Shown piece by piece: positions 12,295 to 25,215 of a stretch of DNA of 64,000 nt (the stretch's first letter is position 1; the number at the start of each line of letters is the position of its first letter). The notes beneath the pieces were generated by a model that saw nothing but the letters and a program-made list of their open reading frames with translations, made no database searches and was not told the DNA's origin. Where the stretch lies: the NCBI RefSeq assembly GCF_036365525.1, contig NC_090402.1:32605412-32669411 (forward strand), written 5' to 3'. Source of the stretch: Heterodontus francisci. Lineage: Eukaryota. The translations under genes and the position numbers were made by a program.

Positions 12295-12594
12295 CTGTCA
12301 CCACTGTTCTGATGGTGAGTCTGCATGTGTAATGTTAATCTGTTTTCAAATGCCAATTAATCTGCTTTGTATTTCTGCCTTTTTCTTTTTGTAGTTTTTA
12401 CTTAAATTTATCTTCCTTGCCACAAGGGGAAGCTCCTGAGCTGTGAAGCAGTATGTCTGAGAAGTTGCACTCCCATCTATAGTGCATAGACTAAACAACA
12501 GTCCTGAGAGACTAAAAGCCACAATGACTGTGTATGGGAGACCAGCTCCCTCTTTCCTGTGCCTTTGTGATTTTCAAAATTGTACAATTTTTTT

Positions 12595-12815
12595 TAGTCA
12601 TTCATGGGATGTGAGCATCGCTAGCAAGGCCAGCATTTATTACCCATCCCCAATTCCCCTGGAGAAGTTGATGGTGAGCCACAGCCTTGAACTGCTGCGT
12701 CTATGTGGTGTATGTACATCAACAGTGTTATTCAGAGGAGGGAGTTCCAGGATTTTTGACCAAGCGACAGTGAAGGAATAGAGATATAATTCCAAGTCAG
12801 GAAGGCGTGTGACAG
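12595..12815 (-). mobile_element. Family B LINE 3' tail
   Basis: ttcatgggatgtgagcatcgctagcaaggccagcatttattacccatccc. Confidence 0.8.
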
Positions 12816-13492
12816 CATGATACTGCAAGGAAGAATGGCTGGTGTTGGTTAAACTGGAAAGATTATAATAGCAGCACCTGGAGAGATCAGAAATAGGCAG
12901 GATAGTTTAGGTAGCTCGTACTCAAATTCAGTGCTTAAATAGAGTAAGCACATGACACAGTTCCCAGTGCCAAAAGAGTCAATTTCTTTCTGCTTACACT
13001 CCTGTGAAGTGCCTTGGACATTTTACTATATTAAAGGCACTATTTAACTGTAATTATAGACATTTAACTTGTATTTGTAGATGAACTTTTTGCACGCATA
13101 ACACAGACTTTTTAAAAAAAAAACCTGTGGTTACCATATAAATATCGTGAATAATATACATTGAGTCTTTATATGTCAATCATTGAGATGACAAAGATTC
13201 TCTACTATTTAATATATACAGTATTTGCCAAAAAAGGATTTCCTCTCTGGGCACTAAAAGTACAAACACTGACAAAATATACTCAATAAAAATAAAAATT
13301 ATAGCTTTCCAATCATTGCTTTAGTTGATTTGGACATCTCCTTTGGGTTGGATTGGGAACATCTGGCAAGTTAAATCAGAATATACAGTGATGATGGGAA
13401 GATTGAGGCCTACCCAAGTAACTCTTCCCATAATATTCATGTCTTTGAGAACTCAGTAGGACCCTAAATTTTCAGAACATGAAATAGAACTT

Positions 13493-13543
13493 CCCCCCCA
13501 CCACCCCCCCCCCACCCCCTCCCCCGCCCCCCCCCCCCCCCCC
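13493..13543. repeat. Poly-C low-complexity tract
   Basis: ~50 nt almost pure C. Confidence 0.9.
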
Positions 13544-14063
13544 AACATTGATTTTTCCAATAGAAGTTCTTGGGTTTTGTCCACAAGGAGTAACACAAAG
13601 ACACAGCACTTCATTTTGTGAAACTCTTTGAAATGTTAACCTGTAACTGTAAATATCATTTTTGAAAAATAGCTGTAATGAAATAAGCAGTCAAATAAAT
13701 TAAGAAAAATAAAAGCCATCATTCAAATGATTCTCCTTGACTGCACCTTATCTAAACCACCATTTTTGCTGACTACTTCATCTATTTCGCTGTCTAGTAA
13801 ATGTCTGTCATATTTCAAGCAATTCAATTAACACTCTCAGAAGTATAAGAAATAGAAACAAATGATCACTTTATTTTTTTTTGAATGGGAACTGGAAATT
13901 AATAAGCATCTGCCCACAAACAAACTTGTCTCACCAGCAACAGTTAACTTTAAATTGACTTCAGGCTTTATAGCAATTGGAACAGGTAAGAAACCATTGT
14001 TCGGGACATTTTAATGTAGGCGATTTGAACTTCTCTATTAATATGCAAGACAGTTATGTCAAC

Positions 14064-14563
14064 TAAAGGCCTGCTCAGGTCAGAGAAAAAAAAACCCGAC
14101 CTGAACCGAACAGAACCACATCGGACCCAAGCCCGACCCAGCCCGAGTCCCTCCATTTTTTTCCTGCGCCCAACCTGACCCAAGCCCGACCCCGACCCGA
14201 CCCAAGCCCGACCCCGACCCGACCACCAGAAGGTTCCATTTACCTACCTTGCGACTCCAAATCTGCAGGAAGCTGCAGCATGAGCGCGATGACGTCATAG
14301 AGACGCTCACTCGCTCACTACGCAGACTCAGAGTTTCCCTCCTTGACGTCCAGACTCGCAGCTCAGGTAGGTTTGTAACTTTTAACACTTATCAGCAGAG
14401 CAAAATGCAATACTTACTATGTGTGTCCGACCTGGATCCGGCCCGATCCGGACCCGGCCCGACCTAACACGAGCCCAAAAGTCGGACCCAGAAGAGCGAC
14501 CCCACCCGAACCCGAAACATGTTGTCAGGTCCTGTCGAGTTCGGGTCGGGTAGCTGGCCTTTA
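14064..14563. mobile_element. Non-autonomous hAT transposon (MITE), 500 bp
   Basis: TIRs TAAAGGCCTGCT / AGCTGGCCTTTA (11/12); perfect 8-bp TSD ATGTCAAC at 14056-14063 and 14564-14571; subterminal CCCGA repeats. Confidence 0.9.
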
Positions 14564-15559
14564 ATGTCAACAACATGTATAATCTTGTAGTGTTATTTAT
14601 TTTAATAGAAAACATTATATTAATACATCCTTATGATTTTTTTAATTTTATCTTGAGCTGAGATTATGGAGCATTTTTTAAAAAGCATTGAAAACATTCA
14701 TGAAAATCACAGCCATGAGAATTATTTTTTAAAATCCCATATAACATTCTTCAAAATGCTGCAAGAAACTGAAGACCACCAAAAGTAAGTCTCTTGTAGA
14801 ACTGAGCTCTGTATTAATTTAAACAAAAATTGTTTTTCTGCAGCATATTTCTTTTCAATCGTTTTTGTTTGGATGTTGTGACTCATAAGAACGCTTGCAA
14901 AGAGTTGCTCAAGAGCAGTGTAGGGGAAGTTTGGTTCAGAGGTGAGCATGCATTAGAGATGAAAATTTGGGGACAGCTGATGAAATTGAGTTACCTATTG
15001 CCTGTCTCTGCTTGAACATTGGCAAATATGCCATCTTCCAAAATTTGATCTCTTTGCCCATTGAATGCCATGAGTGATCTCATGGAATTGCTCTTGTTTT
15101 TAATTCAAGCTGCGCTTTGGTTGGGTATGTATTTCATGTGTGGAAACTGATGTAATCAGCCTTTTCTAATCTCAGGCTCCAGATATCTGAGGTTAGAGGC
15201 CAAGAACTTAAGAGTGAAAATGGCAATCGGTAAAGCAAACATGTCACCAGAGAAAGCAACAGTTCTAAGACAAAACTGTGGAGTGCAAAGGTTAGAGAAG
15301 TATTCTGGAGTTTAACTTGACTTATCTTTAATGAGCAAGGTGACACTTTACCACAAGCGATTGAGTGGATTTAGCAACGCCCAAGATCAGACAGACTGCT
15401 GTGTGGAAAATAAATTGACCAATCAGCCTTCTTTTGTTCAGTGCTTTCTGCAGTTCTTTTTGTTGATTAGTTCTGAGCATCTTATCATTTTGCTTCAGTA
15501 TTCGATATAATTTGGTTTAGCCCCAGCAGATGGAGCTATGATGACAGTTTTATATATGG

Positions 15560-16420
15560 AGACAACAGTAACAACTGGCATTTTAAAGCACCTTTAACAC
15601 AGAAAAATGCCCCTACTTGGTCAAAGAGATGGGTTTTAAGCAGGATAATACAGGAGGAGAGAAAGGTGAAGAGGTGGAAGGGTCCCAGATTTAGGAAGAA
15701 AATTCCAGAGTGCACCCTCTGTGGCTGAAGGCACGCCAGCAATTTGGGACGATGGGAAAGGGGATGCATAAGAGGAATGAGAGTTTGTGGGGGAGAGGAA
15801 AGAAGGAGCTGTTCCAAAGATGGAGAAGGGCAAGGCTCTGGATGGATTTGAACAGATGAATGAGAATTTTAAATACAATTCATTTGAGTGACAAAGAGAC
15901 TAAGTAGGTTAGAAATGACAGCGGTGATGATGTGATCAGGGTTTTGTGTGGGATAGGATAATGGCAGCAGGGTTTTGAATGATCTGTATTTTATGGAGGG
16001 TGGAGAATAAGAATACATATTAAAGGGCAAAGGAATAATCAAGTCTGAAGAAGCAAAGAAATGGATAAGGGTTTCAGTGGCAAATGGGCTGAAGTAGAGG
16101 TATGTTATGAAGGTAGAAATACTTAGGCTTTGTGATGGAAATGGCATAGGGTTGGAATACAGCTTAGGGTCAAGCAGGACATTAAGGTGGCGAACAGTCT
16201 GGTTCAGCCTAAGGCAGTAGTCAAAAAAGGAGATGGAGTCAGTGCCAAAGATGCAGGGTTTAAGGCAGGAGCTAAAGACAATGGCTTTGGTCTTTCCAGT
16301 GTTTAGCTGGCTCAGGTCGATGCAAGCCAAGATATTAGAGAAGCAATGTGACAGTATGCAAGCAATGGAGGGGTGGAGAGAACTGCTGGAGCTCGCTGGC
16401 ATCAACAGAGATGTAGAAAC
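15560..16420 (-). mobile_element. Old L2 LINE fragment
   Basis: ORF 15869-16429 QLNTGKTKAIVF..LRLNQTVRHLNVLLDPKL..ETLIHFF; 15536-15817 LLKTHLFDQ. Confidence 0.8.
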
Positions 16421-16454
16421 TGATTCCATTTCTGCAGACGATATAATAGCAGAA

Positions 16455-16825
16455 TTGTTATGTTACTGATCGAGTAATCCAGAGGCCCGGATGAAAAATC
16501 CAGTAGACTGTGAATTCAATTCCCAACATGGCAGTTTGAAAATTTGAATTCAGTTTTAAAAAGCTGGAACTGGAAAGGTAGTATCAGTAAAAAGTGACCA
16601 GATTATCATACAAACCCAACTAGTTCATTAATGTCCTTTAGGAAAGAAAAGCTTTGCCTGGTCTGGCCTATGTGACTCCAATTCCACACCAACATGGTTG
16701 ACTCTTGACTGTCCTCTGAAGTGGCCCAACAAGCCACTAAGTTATATCACCACCTTCTGAGGGCAGCTAGGAATGGGCAATAAATGCCAGCCTTGCCAGC
16801 AGCACCCACATTCTGAGAATGCATT
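16455..16825 (+). mobile_element. tRNA-headed SINE (family B head+tail)
   Basis: taatccagaggccc..gaattcaattccc..gttcattaatgtcctttagg..gggcaataaatgccagccttgccagc. Confidence 0.8.
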
Positions 16826-17056
16826 AAAATGATGATGCAAACCTGCAGCTGGAGAAGAGGATGGGAACTCCAGAACGGTTCATGTAGGGATGAGGCAAGA
16901 AGTCATTGCTAGAGATGCAATGGCTAAGTAAGATATTGATCAGCATTCAAACCATTTCAATATTTTAACACTTCCCTTTCATTTTATTTATTTTGGTCCT
17001 ATCCTATATAATGGTTGTGGGCTATTGAGTTACCAAATGCCTTTCATAATATTGGC

Positions 17057-17972
17057 ATACGAACATACGAATTAGGAGCAGAAGTAGGCCATTTGGCCCC
17101 GAGAGCCTGCTCGGCCATTCAATAAGATCATCGCGGATCTGTTTGTGTCTCGAATTCCACACTCCCATCCATCCCCGATAGCCTTTGATTTCCTTGCCTA
17201 ACAAGAATCTATCTACCCCTGCCTTAAAAATATTCAATAACCCCACCTCCACCACCCTCTGAGGCAGAGAGTTCCAAACTCGCATAACTCTCTGAGAAAA
17301 AAAAATTCTCCTCATCTCTGTCCTAAAAGGGCAACCCCTAATTTTAAAACAGTGCCCCCTAGTCCTGGACTCCCCCACAAGAAGAAACATCCTCTTCACA
17401 TCCACCTTGTCAAGACCATTCAGGATCTTATAAACTTCAATCAAGTCTCCCCTCACTCTTCTAAACTCCAGTGAAAATAAGCCCAGTCTGTCCAACCTTT
17501 CCTGATAAGGCAACCTGCTCATTCCAGGTATCAATCTAGTAAACCTTCCCTGAATCACCTCCAATGTATTTACATCCTTCCTTAAATAAGGAGACCAAAA
17601 CTGCACACAGTATTCAAATTCTGATGAAAGGTCACTGACCTGAAACGTTAACTCTGTTTCTCTCTCCACAGATGCTGCCAGACCTGCTGAGCATTTCCAG
17701 CATTTCTTGTTTTTATTATCACAGTATTCGAGATGTGATCTCACCAATTCTCTGTAAAACTGAAGCATAATATCCTTGTTTTTACTTTCAATTCCTCTCG
17801 TAATAAGGATAGCATTCCATTAGCCTTTGTTATTACTTGCGATACCTACATACTAACCTTTTGTGACTCATGCACTAGAACACTTAGATCTCTCTGCAGC
17901 TTTGAATTCTGCAGTCAATCTCCATTTCAGTAATCCTCTGCTTTTTTATTCTTCCTGCCAAAGTGAACAATG
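17057..17972 (-). mobile_element. CR1 LINE 3' fragment
   Basis: ORF 17022-17768 LEYC..VQFWSPYLRKD..RGDLIEVYKI..WNSLP; short tandem tail (catacgaa). Confidence 0.92.
17616..17719 (+). mobile_element. 104-nt Penelope-derived module with minimal hammerhead-ribozyme core, inserted in CR1
   Basis: 10-bp TSD CACAGTATTC (17606-17615, 17720-17729); CTGATGA-aAGGTCAcTGACCT-GAAACGTT at 17621-17649. Confidence 0.8.
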
Positions 17973-18029
17973 AATTAAATTATCATAATTGTTTCCTCAG
18001 TGCTATTCAACAACTTCCATTAACATAGC

Positions 18030-21000
18030 ACATTTAACAAGAGCGATATCAATAAAAACATTTCTGACATTGAACCATAGAAGGAGAAATCAGGAAAGAT
18101 GGCTAAAAGCTTGATAAAAGAGGTAGGTTTTTAGGAACATCTTAAAGGAGGAGAATGAGGTCAAGAGACGGTGAGGTTTAGGATGGAAATTCCAGAGCTT
18201 GGGGCCCAGGCAGCTGAAAGCACGGCTGCCAATGCTGGAGCAATTAAAATCAGGGATGCGCAGCAGGCCAGAATTGGAGGAGTGCACAGATCTCAAAAAC
18301 TTGTAGGGCTGGAGGAGACTGCACAGATAGGGAGGGGGAGGCGATGGAGGGATTGGAAAACAAGGGTAAAGATTTGCAAATGGAGGCACTATCAGACGGA
18401 GAGCCAGTGAAGGTCAGCAAGCACAAAGGTGAGGGGTGAATGAGTTAAGATATGGGCAGCAGAGCTTTGGATGAGAACATATTTATGTATTTATGTATGG
18501 TGGAACATAGGAGGCCGGCCAGGAGAGCACTGGAATAGTCAAGTCTACAGATAACAAAGACAGTGAAAAATAGTGGAAAGGGGACAAGTAATGTTAAAAA
18601 GACAAGCCTTAAGGCTTTGTGCCTTAACGCGCGGAGCTTTCACAATAAGGTGGATGAATTAATCGTGCAAATAGATGTAAACAGGTATGATATAGTCAGG
18701 ATTACGGAGACATGGCTGCAGAGTGACCAGGGATGGGAAATGAACATCCAGGGGTATTCAGTATTTAGCAAGGACAGACAAAAAGTAAAAGGCAGTGGAG
18801 TTGCATTGCTGGTTAAAAAGGAAATTAATGCAATAGTGAGGAAGGATATTAGCTCTGACGTTGTGGAATCTGTATGGGTAGAGCTGAGAAGCACTAAGGG
18901 GCAAAAAACGTTAGTGGTGGTTGTATATAGACCCCCAAACTGTAGTGGTGATGTTGGGAATGGCATTAAACAGGAAATTAGAGACGCATGCAATAAAGGA
19001 ACATCTGTAATTATGGGTGACGTTAATCTGCATATAGATTGGGCAATTCAAATTAGTCATAATACCGTAGAGGAGGAATTCATAGAGTATATACGGGATG
19101 GTTTTCTGGACCAATACGTTGAGGAACCAACTAGAGAACAGGCCATCCTAGACTGGGTATTGTGTAATGAGAGAGGAATAATTGAGAATCTAGTTGTGCG
19201 AGACCCCTTGGGGATGAGCGACCATAATATGATAGAATTCTTCATCAGGATGGAGAGTGACATAGTTGATTCTGAGACTAGGGTCCTGAATCTTAATAAA
19301 GGAAACTACTGAAGGTATGAGGTGCGAGTTGGCTATGATGGATTGGGAAATGTTACTTAAAGGGATGATGGTGGGTAGGCAATGGCAAACATTCAAAGAG
19401 CGCATGGATGAACTGCAACAATTGTTTATTCCTGTGTGGCGCAAAAGTAAAACGGGAAAGGAAGCCAAACCATGGCTTACAAGGGAAATTGGAGATAGCA
19501 TTAGATCCAAGGAAGAGGCATACGAATTTGCCACAAAAAACGACAGACCTGAGGATTGGGAGCAGTTTAGAATTCAGCAAAGGAGGACCAAGGGATTGAT
19601 TAAGAAGGGGAAAATAGAGTACAAGAGTAAGCTTGTGGGGAACATAAAAACTGACTGTAAAAGTTTCTATAGGTAAGTGAAGAGAAAAAGATTGGTGAAG
19701 ACAAATGTAGGTCCCTTACAGTGAGAAACAGGGGAATTTATTATGGGGAACAAAGAATTGGCTGACCAACTAAATGCATACTTTGGTTCTGTCTTCACAA
19801 AGGAGAGCACAAATATCATACCAGAAATGTTGGGGAACACAGGGTTTAGTGAGAGGGAGGATCTGAAGGAAATGAGTGTTAATAGAGAAATGGTGTTTGG
19901 GAAATTGATGGGATTGAAGGCCAATAAATCCCCAGGGCCTGATAATCTACATCCCAGAGTAGTTAAGGAAGTGGCCCTAGAAATAGTGGATGGATTACTG
20001 GTCATCTTCCAAGATTCTATAGACTCTGGAACAGTTCCCACAGATTGGAGGGTAGCTAATGTATCCCCACTATTTAAAAAGGGAGGTAGAGAGAAAACAG
20101 GGAATTATAGACCAGTCAGCCGGACGTCGGTAGTGGGAAAATTCTAGAGTCCATTGTCAAAGATTTTAATAGCAGAGCACTTGGAGAACAGTGGTAGAAT
20201 TGGACAGAGTCAGCATGGATTTATGAAAGGGGAATCATGCTTGACACATCTACTAGAATTCTTTGAGGATGTAACTCGTAGAATTGATGAGGGACAGCCA
20301 GTGGATGTGGTTTATTTGGACTTTCAGAAGGCTTTCGACAAAGTCCCACATAAGAGATTAGCATGTAAAATTAAAGTGCGCGGGATTGGGGTAGTGTATT
20401 GCGATGGATAGAAAATTGGTTGGCAGACAGGAAACAAAGAGTAGGAATAAACGGGTCTTTTTCCAAATGGCAGGCAGTGACTAGTGGGGTACCGCAGGGA
20501 TTGGTGCTAGGATCCCAGCTATTCACAATTTATATTAATGATTTAGATGAGGGAACTAAGTGTAATATCTCCAAATTTGTAGATGACACAAAACTGGGTG
20601 GGAGGGTGAGTTGTGAGGAGGATGCAGAGAGGCTTCAGGGTGATTTGGACAAGATGAGTGAGTGGGCAAATGCATGGCAGATGCAGTATAATGTGGATAA
20701 ATGTGAGGTTATCCACTTTGGTAGCAAAAACAGGAAGGCAGATTATTATCTGAATGGCTATAAACTGAGAGAGGGGAATATGCAACGAGACCTGGGTGTT
20801 CTCGTACACCAGTCGCTGACAGTAAGCATGCAGGTCCAACAGGTGGAGTTCAGAAGAGTGAGGGGGGATCTCATAGAAACCTATGAAATTCTAACAGGAC
20901 TTGACAGGGTAGATGCTGGAAGGATGTTCCCGATTGTGGGGGAGTCCAGAACCAGGGGTCATAGTCTAAGGATACGGGGTAAACCTTTCAGGACTGAGAT

Positions 21001-21425
21001 GAGGAGAAATTTCCTCACCCAGAGAGTGGTGCGCCTGTGGAATTCGCTACCACAGAAAGCAGTTGAGGCCAAAACATTGTATGTTTTCAAGAAGGAGATA
21101 GCTATAGCTCTTGGGGCGAATGGGATCAAAGGATATGGGGGGAAAGTGGGAACAGGATACTGAGTTGATCAGCCATGATCATAATGAATGGCGGAGCAGG
21201 CTCGTAGGGCCGAATGGCCTACTCCTGCTCCTATTTTCTATGTTTCTACATGGATAAGGGTTTGAGCTGAGGGAAGTCTAGAGTCAAGTGATGTTACAAA
21301 GGTGAAAGTAGGCATCTTGGTGATGGTATGAATATGTGGTCGGAAACTCAACTCATTTAAACGCAACATCGAGGTTGCAAATGGTCTTACTTAGCTGAAG
21401 ACAGTTTCCAGGAGTGGAAGCGGTG
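18030..21425 (-). mobile_element. L2 fragment split by CR1 insertion (18030-18562 and ~21250-21425)
   Basis: ORF 18090-18389 RAFSCLGPKLWN..LKTYLF; L2 homology resumes catggataagggttt after the CR1 tail. Confidence 0.75.
18563..21249 (+). mobile_element. CR1 LINE, nearly complete ORF2 (APE + RT) with frameshifts, stops and an internal deletion
   Basis: ORFs 18563-19312 (CLNARS..ITETWL..YRPP..SDHN), 19743-20147 (KSPGPD..NYRPVS), 20154-20411 (YLDFQKAFDKVPH), 20399-21163 (GVPQG..FVDDTK); tail ttttctatgtttcta. Confidence 0.95.
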
Positions 21426-21600
21426 ATGAAATTGTGAAGAAATACTGTTCCAATTAGAAACTGAGAAATGTCACAGCAAATTTTTAGAAAATAGTAGGTT
21501 CTATGTTCCAGCCCCAATGCTGGAACCTGATTATTTTTGCAACTGTTGAAAGCTGACATCCAGTATCTTATTAAATATTCACTACTTCTGTTTGAGAGCA

Positions 21601-22587
21601 TGTTTTTACCATCAATGTATTTTATTAATGCTTCTAATTCCCTCTTTTCCTGATCCTTGTTTGGTCACAACAGGTTTAATTATTTCTTAAAGTGGATGTA
21701 TTGGCCAATTCAGCAGCTGTTTGATTACTTACTTGCTATGATCATAACAAGAACCAATCGGACAGGTTTTCCTGAGTTTAACAAAGAAGTTAACGTTATT
21801 GTACCTAAACCGAGCTAATAAAAATAATAAACAACGTGCCAACTTTCACTCACACACACATACTAGAGGTTTACACACACAAATAGGTTACAGAGTGGGG
21901 AAAGATAGATTAGTTGAGTTAGAGTCCGTAGAAAAAAAGGTATACAGTCTGTGGACTTTGTTGATTCGGCTGGCTTCTAGCTGAATTCAGTGATCCTGAG
22001 GATTTTAGTTTGAAGAGATAGATGATGGATTCGGTGGGTCTCTTGGAGATAGCAACGCAGATGATTTCGTCCAGCGGGGTTTCTGATTGTAGCCAGAGTA
22101 TGCAAAGGTGGTCAGTCAACAGGCAGGATTTGAAAGCTTTCAAGCTGGAATGAAGAGAGAGAGCACCCCCCACCCCCCCCCCCCCCCCACCACTCAGGTC
22201 TGTACGTGTCAGAGTCCAGTTGCTTCTCCTCTCTCTGCTAAGAAAGACATCAGCTTAAAACCATAGATGGGGAAGGGCTTGTCACATGAGTCAGTAATTC
22301 AAGTATAGTAGTTAACAATATTTCTCTCTTGCTAAAAAGAGAAAGAACAAGCAGTTCCCTTAAACTTCCTGGGTCTTGGTTCTTGCTGGGATATGAGCAG
22401 ACATTCCATCTCCCTCCTCACAGCAGTGCAGTGTAGGATACAGTGTTGCAAATTAGGTGATCATCTTAAGCTGCCAGCAAAATCATTAGCTTTTTAAAAA
22501 AATGTTTTTTAAAAAGAAATATAAATTCAGATCTCCAGTTGGTGGATTAAAGAAAATTATCATTCCACAAAACACATTGGCATAACA
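21601..22587 (-). mobile_element. Possible solo LTR / unclassified repeat
   Basis: ~1-kb compositionally distinct block; minus strand ends AATAAA...aaaca; no clear TSD. Confidence 0.3.
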
Positions 22588-23449
22588 CTCTGATTATGTG
22601 TGTAACAGGTTCATGTGAATAGAATCTTGATGAAAATGCGCACAGTATTCCTTTTGTTTGTTTGTTAACATTACGCAATAACGTAAGAAGATCCTGAAAG
22701 ACAATGTCCCCTTAAAACACAGTAAAGAAGATCATGCATAATAGGAGTGAGAATGACTAAACATGGTGGTGGGATATCCAAGTGCCGTTGTGTCCATTTG
22801 TTACCCAGTTATTATGTTCATTTTGCTTGCATGTCTGGTGGTGATAGTTACAGTCTGGGGGGAGGGGAGGTTTTTTCAACTCCTGCCAGCCTAGTGGTAA
22901 AACATGCATGAATCCATTCAATCTGACTCCTGGTGCTGCAGACGTTAAATCGACTGGGAGAGTGCAGGCATCTCTGATCTTAACAGTGCAGGCAGCTGTC
23001 TAATTTTTCTGAACGCCATAGCCAAATTTGAACCCATGATAGGCAAATAAAAAAGAAAGAACTTGCATTTATTCAGCATCTGGAATGTTCCAAAGTTGTT
23101 TATACCCAATCAAGTATTTTGAATTGTAGCCACTGTTGAATTTATGTAGGGTATTTCATTTCCTTTCATATAAAGCACTAACTTAATCACATGACCATCA
23201 CTTCCCTTTTTGGCACTAGTTAAGTGCTTCATGCTTCAGTAGAATTTGGTAGAATTAATTGAATGCAGATACGTTTTGGTTTACAGCACCAAAGGTAAGT
23301 GTTGCGAAAGATGCGTTGCAAAAGACGTGTTTTGTGGTGGTGTGACAAAACTGTGGTTTGTCTAACAGCAGATGCAAAAGCAAGTTGAACCGTTCAATGT
23401 TTAAATGCTTAAACTACCAATTGTTTAAGCAAAACACAGATTTTTTTTC

Positions 23450-25215
23450 AATTGCTTGAAAGCCACACTGTGCCTCAGGGTAGACACGCTCAGCCAGCTT
23501 CTGGAGTCTGTTTAAAACAACTGAGCCAAGACTTTCCCCACTATGCTGAGCAGGGAGATTCTGCGGCAGTTGTTGCAGTCACTGTGGTCACCCTGATTCT
23601 TACGGAGGGTGATGATATTGGCATCGCGCATGTCCTGTGGTACTGCTCCCACATCCCAGCACAGGCAAAGCAGTTCTTGGAGTGCTGAGAGTATAGCAGG
23701 CTTGGCACTCTTGATTATTTCAGGGGTAATGCCATCCTTTCCAGGGCTTTTCCACTGGCTAGAGAATCAATGGCATCACTGAGTTCCGATTTTTTTGGCT
23801 GTATGTCCAGCTCATCCATGACTGGCAGAGACTGGGCTGCATTGAGGGCGGTATCAGTGACAACATTTTCCCTGGAGTACAGTTCTAGGTAATGCTCCAC
23901 TCAGCAGTCCATTTGCTTGCGTTGGTCAGTGATCATTTCCCCGATTTAGACTTGAGAGAGGCGATCTTCTTGATGGCTGGCCCAAAACCTCTCTTAATGC
24001 CATCATAAATTCTTCTGATGTTTCCGGTGTCAGAGGCCAGCTGAGTACGACTGCATAGGTGTTGCCAGTAGTCATCTGCACAGCGCTTGGCTGTTCTTTG
24101 TGCAGCGCTTTTGGCTACTTTAAGTGCTACGGATATTAACTCGCTGGGGGCTTTCTTGTAGTTCAACAGTGCTTAGCGGCTATCACAGGTTCCAGCTCTT
24201 CAAAGTGAGATTGAAACCAGTCTGCATTCTGCTTCTCACGTTTACCAAAGGTGGTCATTGCTGTCAGAGATAGCCTCTCTGATGTGGGCCCACTTCGTCT
24301 CTGCATCCCCTCCAGGAGTGTTTTGAATGGCTTTTTCAAGTGAATTTAGAAACTTATGTAACAGCTGTGGATAAGAAATTCTGTTAGTGTTGATGCACAG
24401 ACGGCCCTTCTGCTTGGAGTGATGTAGCTGCTTTGCTGTACACCGGGGAGTAATCGGTGTCGCAGTCTGCACTGTGGAAGCTGCGAGTGATTTGGACACT
24501 GTTTATCGAGGCTCACCTTGTGATGATGAGGTCCAGCTGGTGCCAACGATGTGATCCTGGGTGCCTCCATGAAACCTGGTGACATGGTTTATTATGAAAG
24601 AATGAGTTGGTGATGCAGAGGTTGTGATAGGTACACAACTCCAGCAGTCTCTGTCCATTCTCATTCATCCTTCCAATGCCATAGCGCCCAAGGCAGGAGG
24701 GCCATGAGTCATGGTCGGCCCCAACCCTGGTGTTAAAGTCCCCCAGCAGGAACAAATGTTTGATATTAGGAATGTTACTAATGATATTATGGAGTTCCTC
24801 GTAGAACTGGTCTTTAACTTCAGGTGGGGAGCAGACTGTTGGAGCATAGATGCTGAGTAGGTGTACTGGACCAGAGGCGGTGAGCAGTTGGATGGACAGT
24901 ATGCATTTTGAGCCATTTGAAGGTGGCTCTATCATGCTGAGCAAAGAGTGAAGCCCACTCCATGTCTTGGTTCTTCAGGATCCCTACCCTGCCAGTAGAA
25001 GGTGTAGTCTTGCTCTCTTAGAGATCTGCTCGCAGGGAGGCATGTCTCCTGAAGTGCTGCAATGTCCACATTCTGTCTACTGAGCTCATTGTTAATGATG
25101 GCAGTCTTCCAAGAGTCGTTGATTTGTGTAAGGTCTTCCGACAGGCCAGGACACATAGTTCTGACGTTCCAGCTTGGAAAATGAAGGGCTGGTACCTTCT
25201 TTCCTTTTTTGTTGT
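23450..25215 (-). mobile_element. RTE-clade LINE 5' portion (APE and linker), degraded
   Basis: SWNVRTM..DIAALQET, SIYAPT..KDQFYEEL..LLGDFN..NENGQRLLELC..WHQLDLI. Confidence 0.9.

Noticed and set aside
14090-14550. CCCGA repeats as CRISPR or satellite; Gly/Arg-rich ORFs
   Set aside because: No repeat-spacer structure; they are subterminal repeats of a hAT MITE
13940-15300. Isolated splice-donor-like sites (13986, 14785)
   Set aside because: No coherent coding frame or partner sites; expected by chance
18563-21163. Endonuclease/RT ORFs as a retron-like or novel RT system
   Set aside because: Standard CR1 ORF2 with stops, frameshifts and CR1 tail
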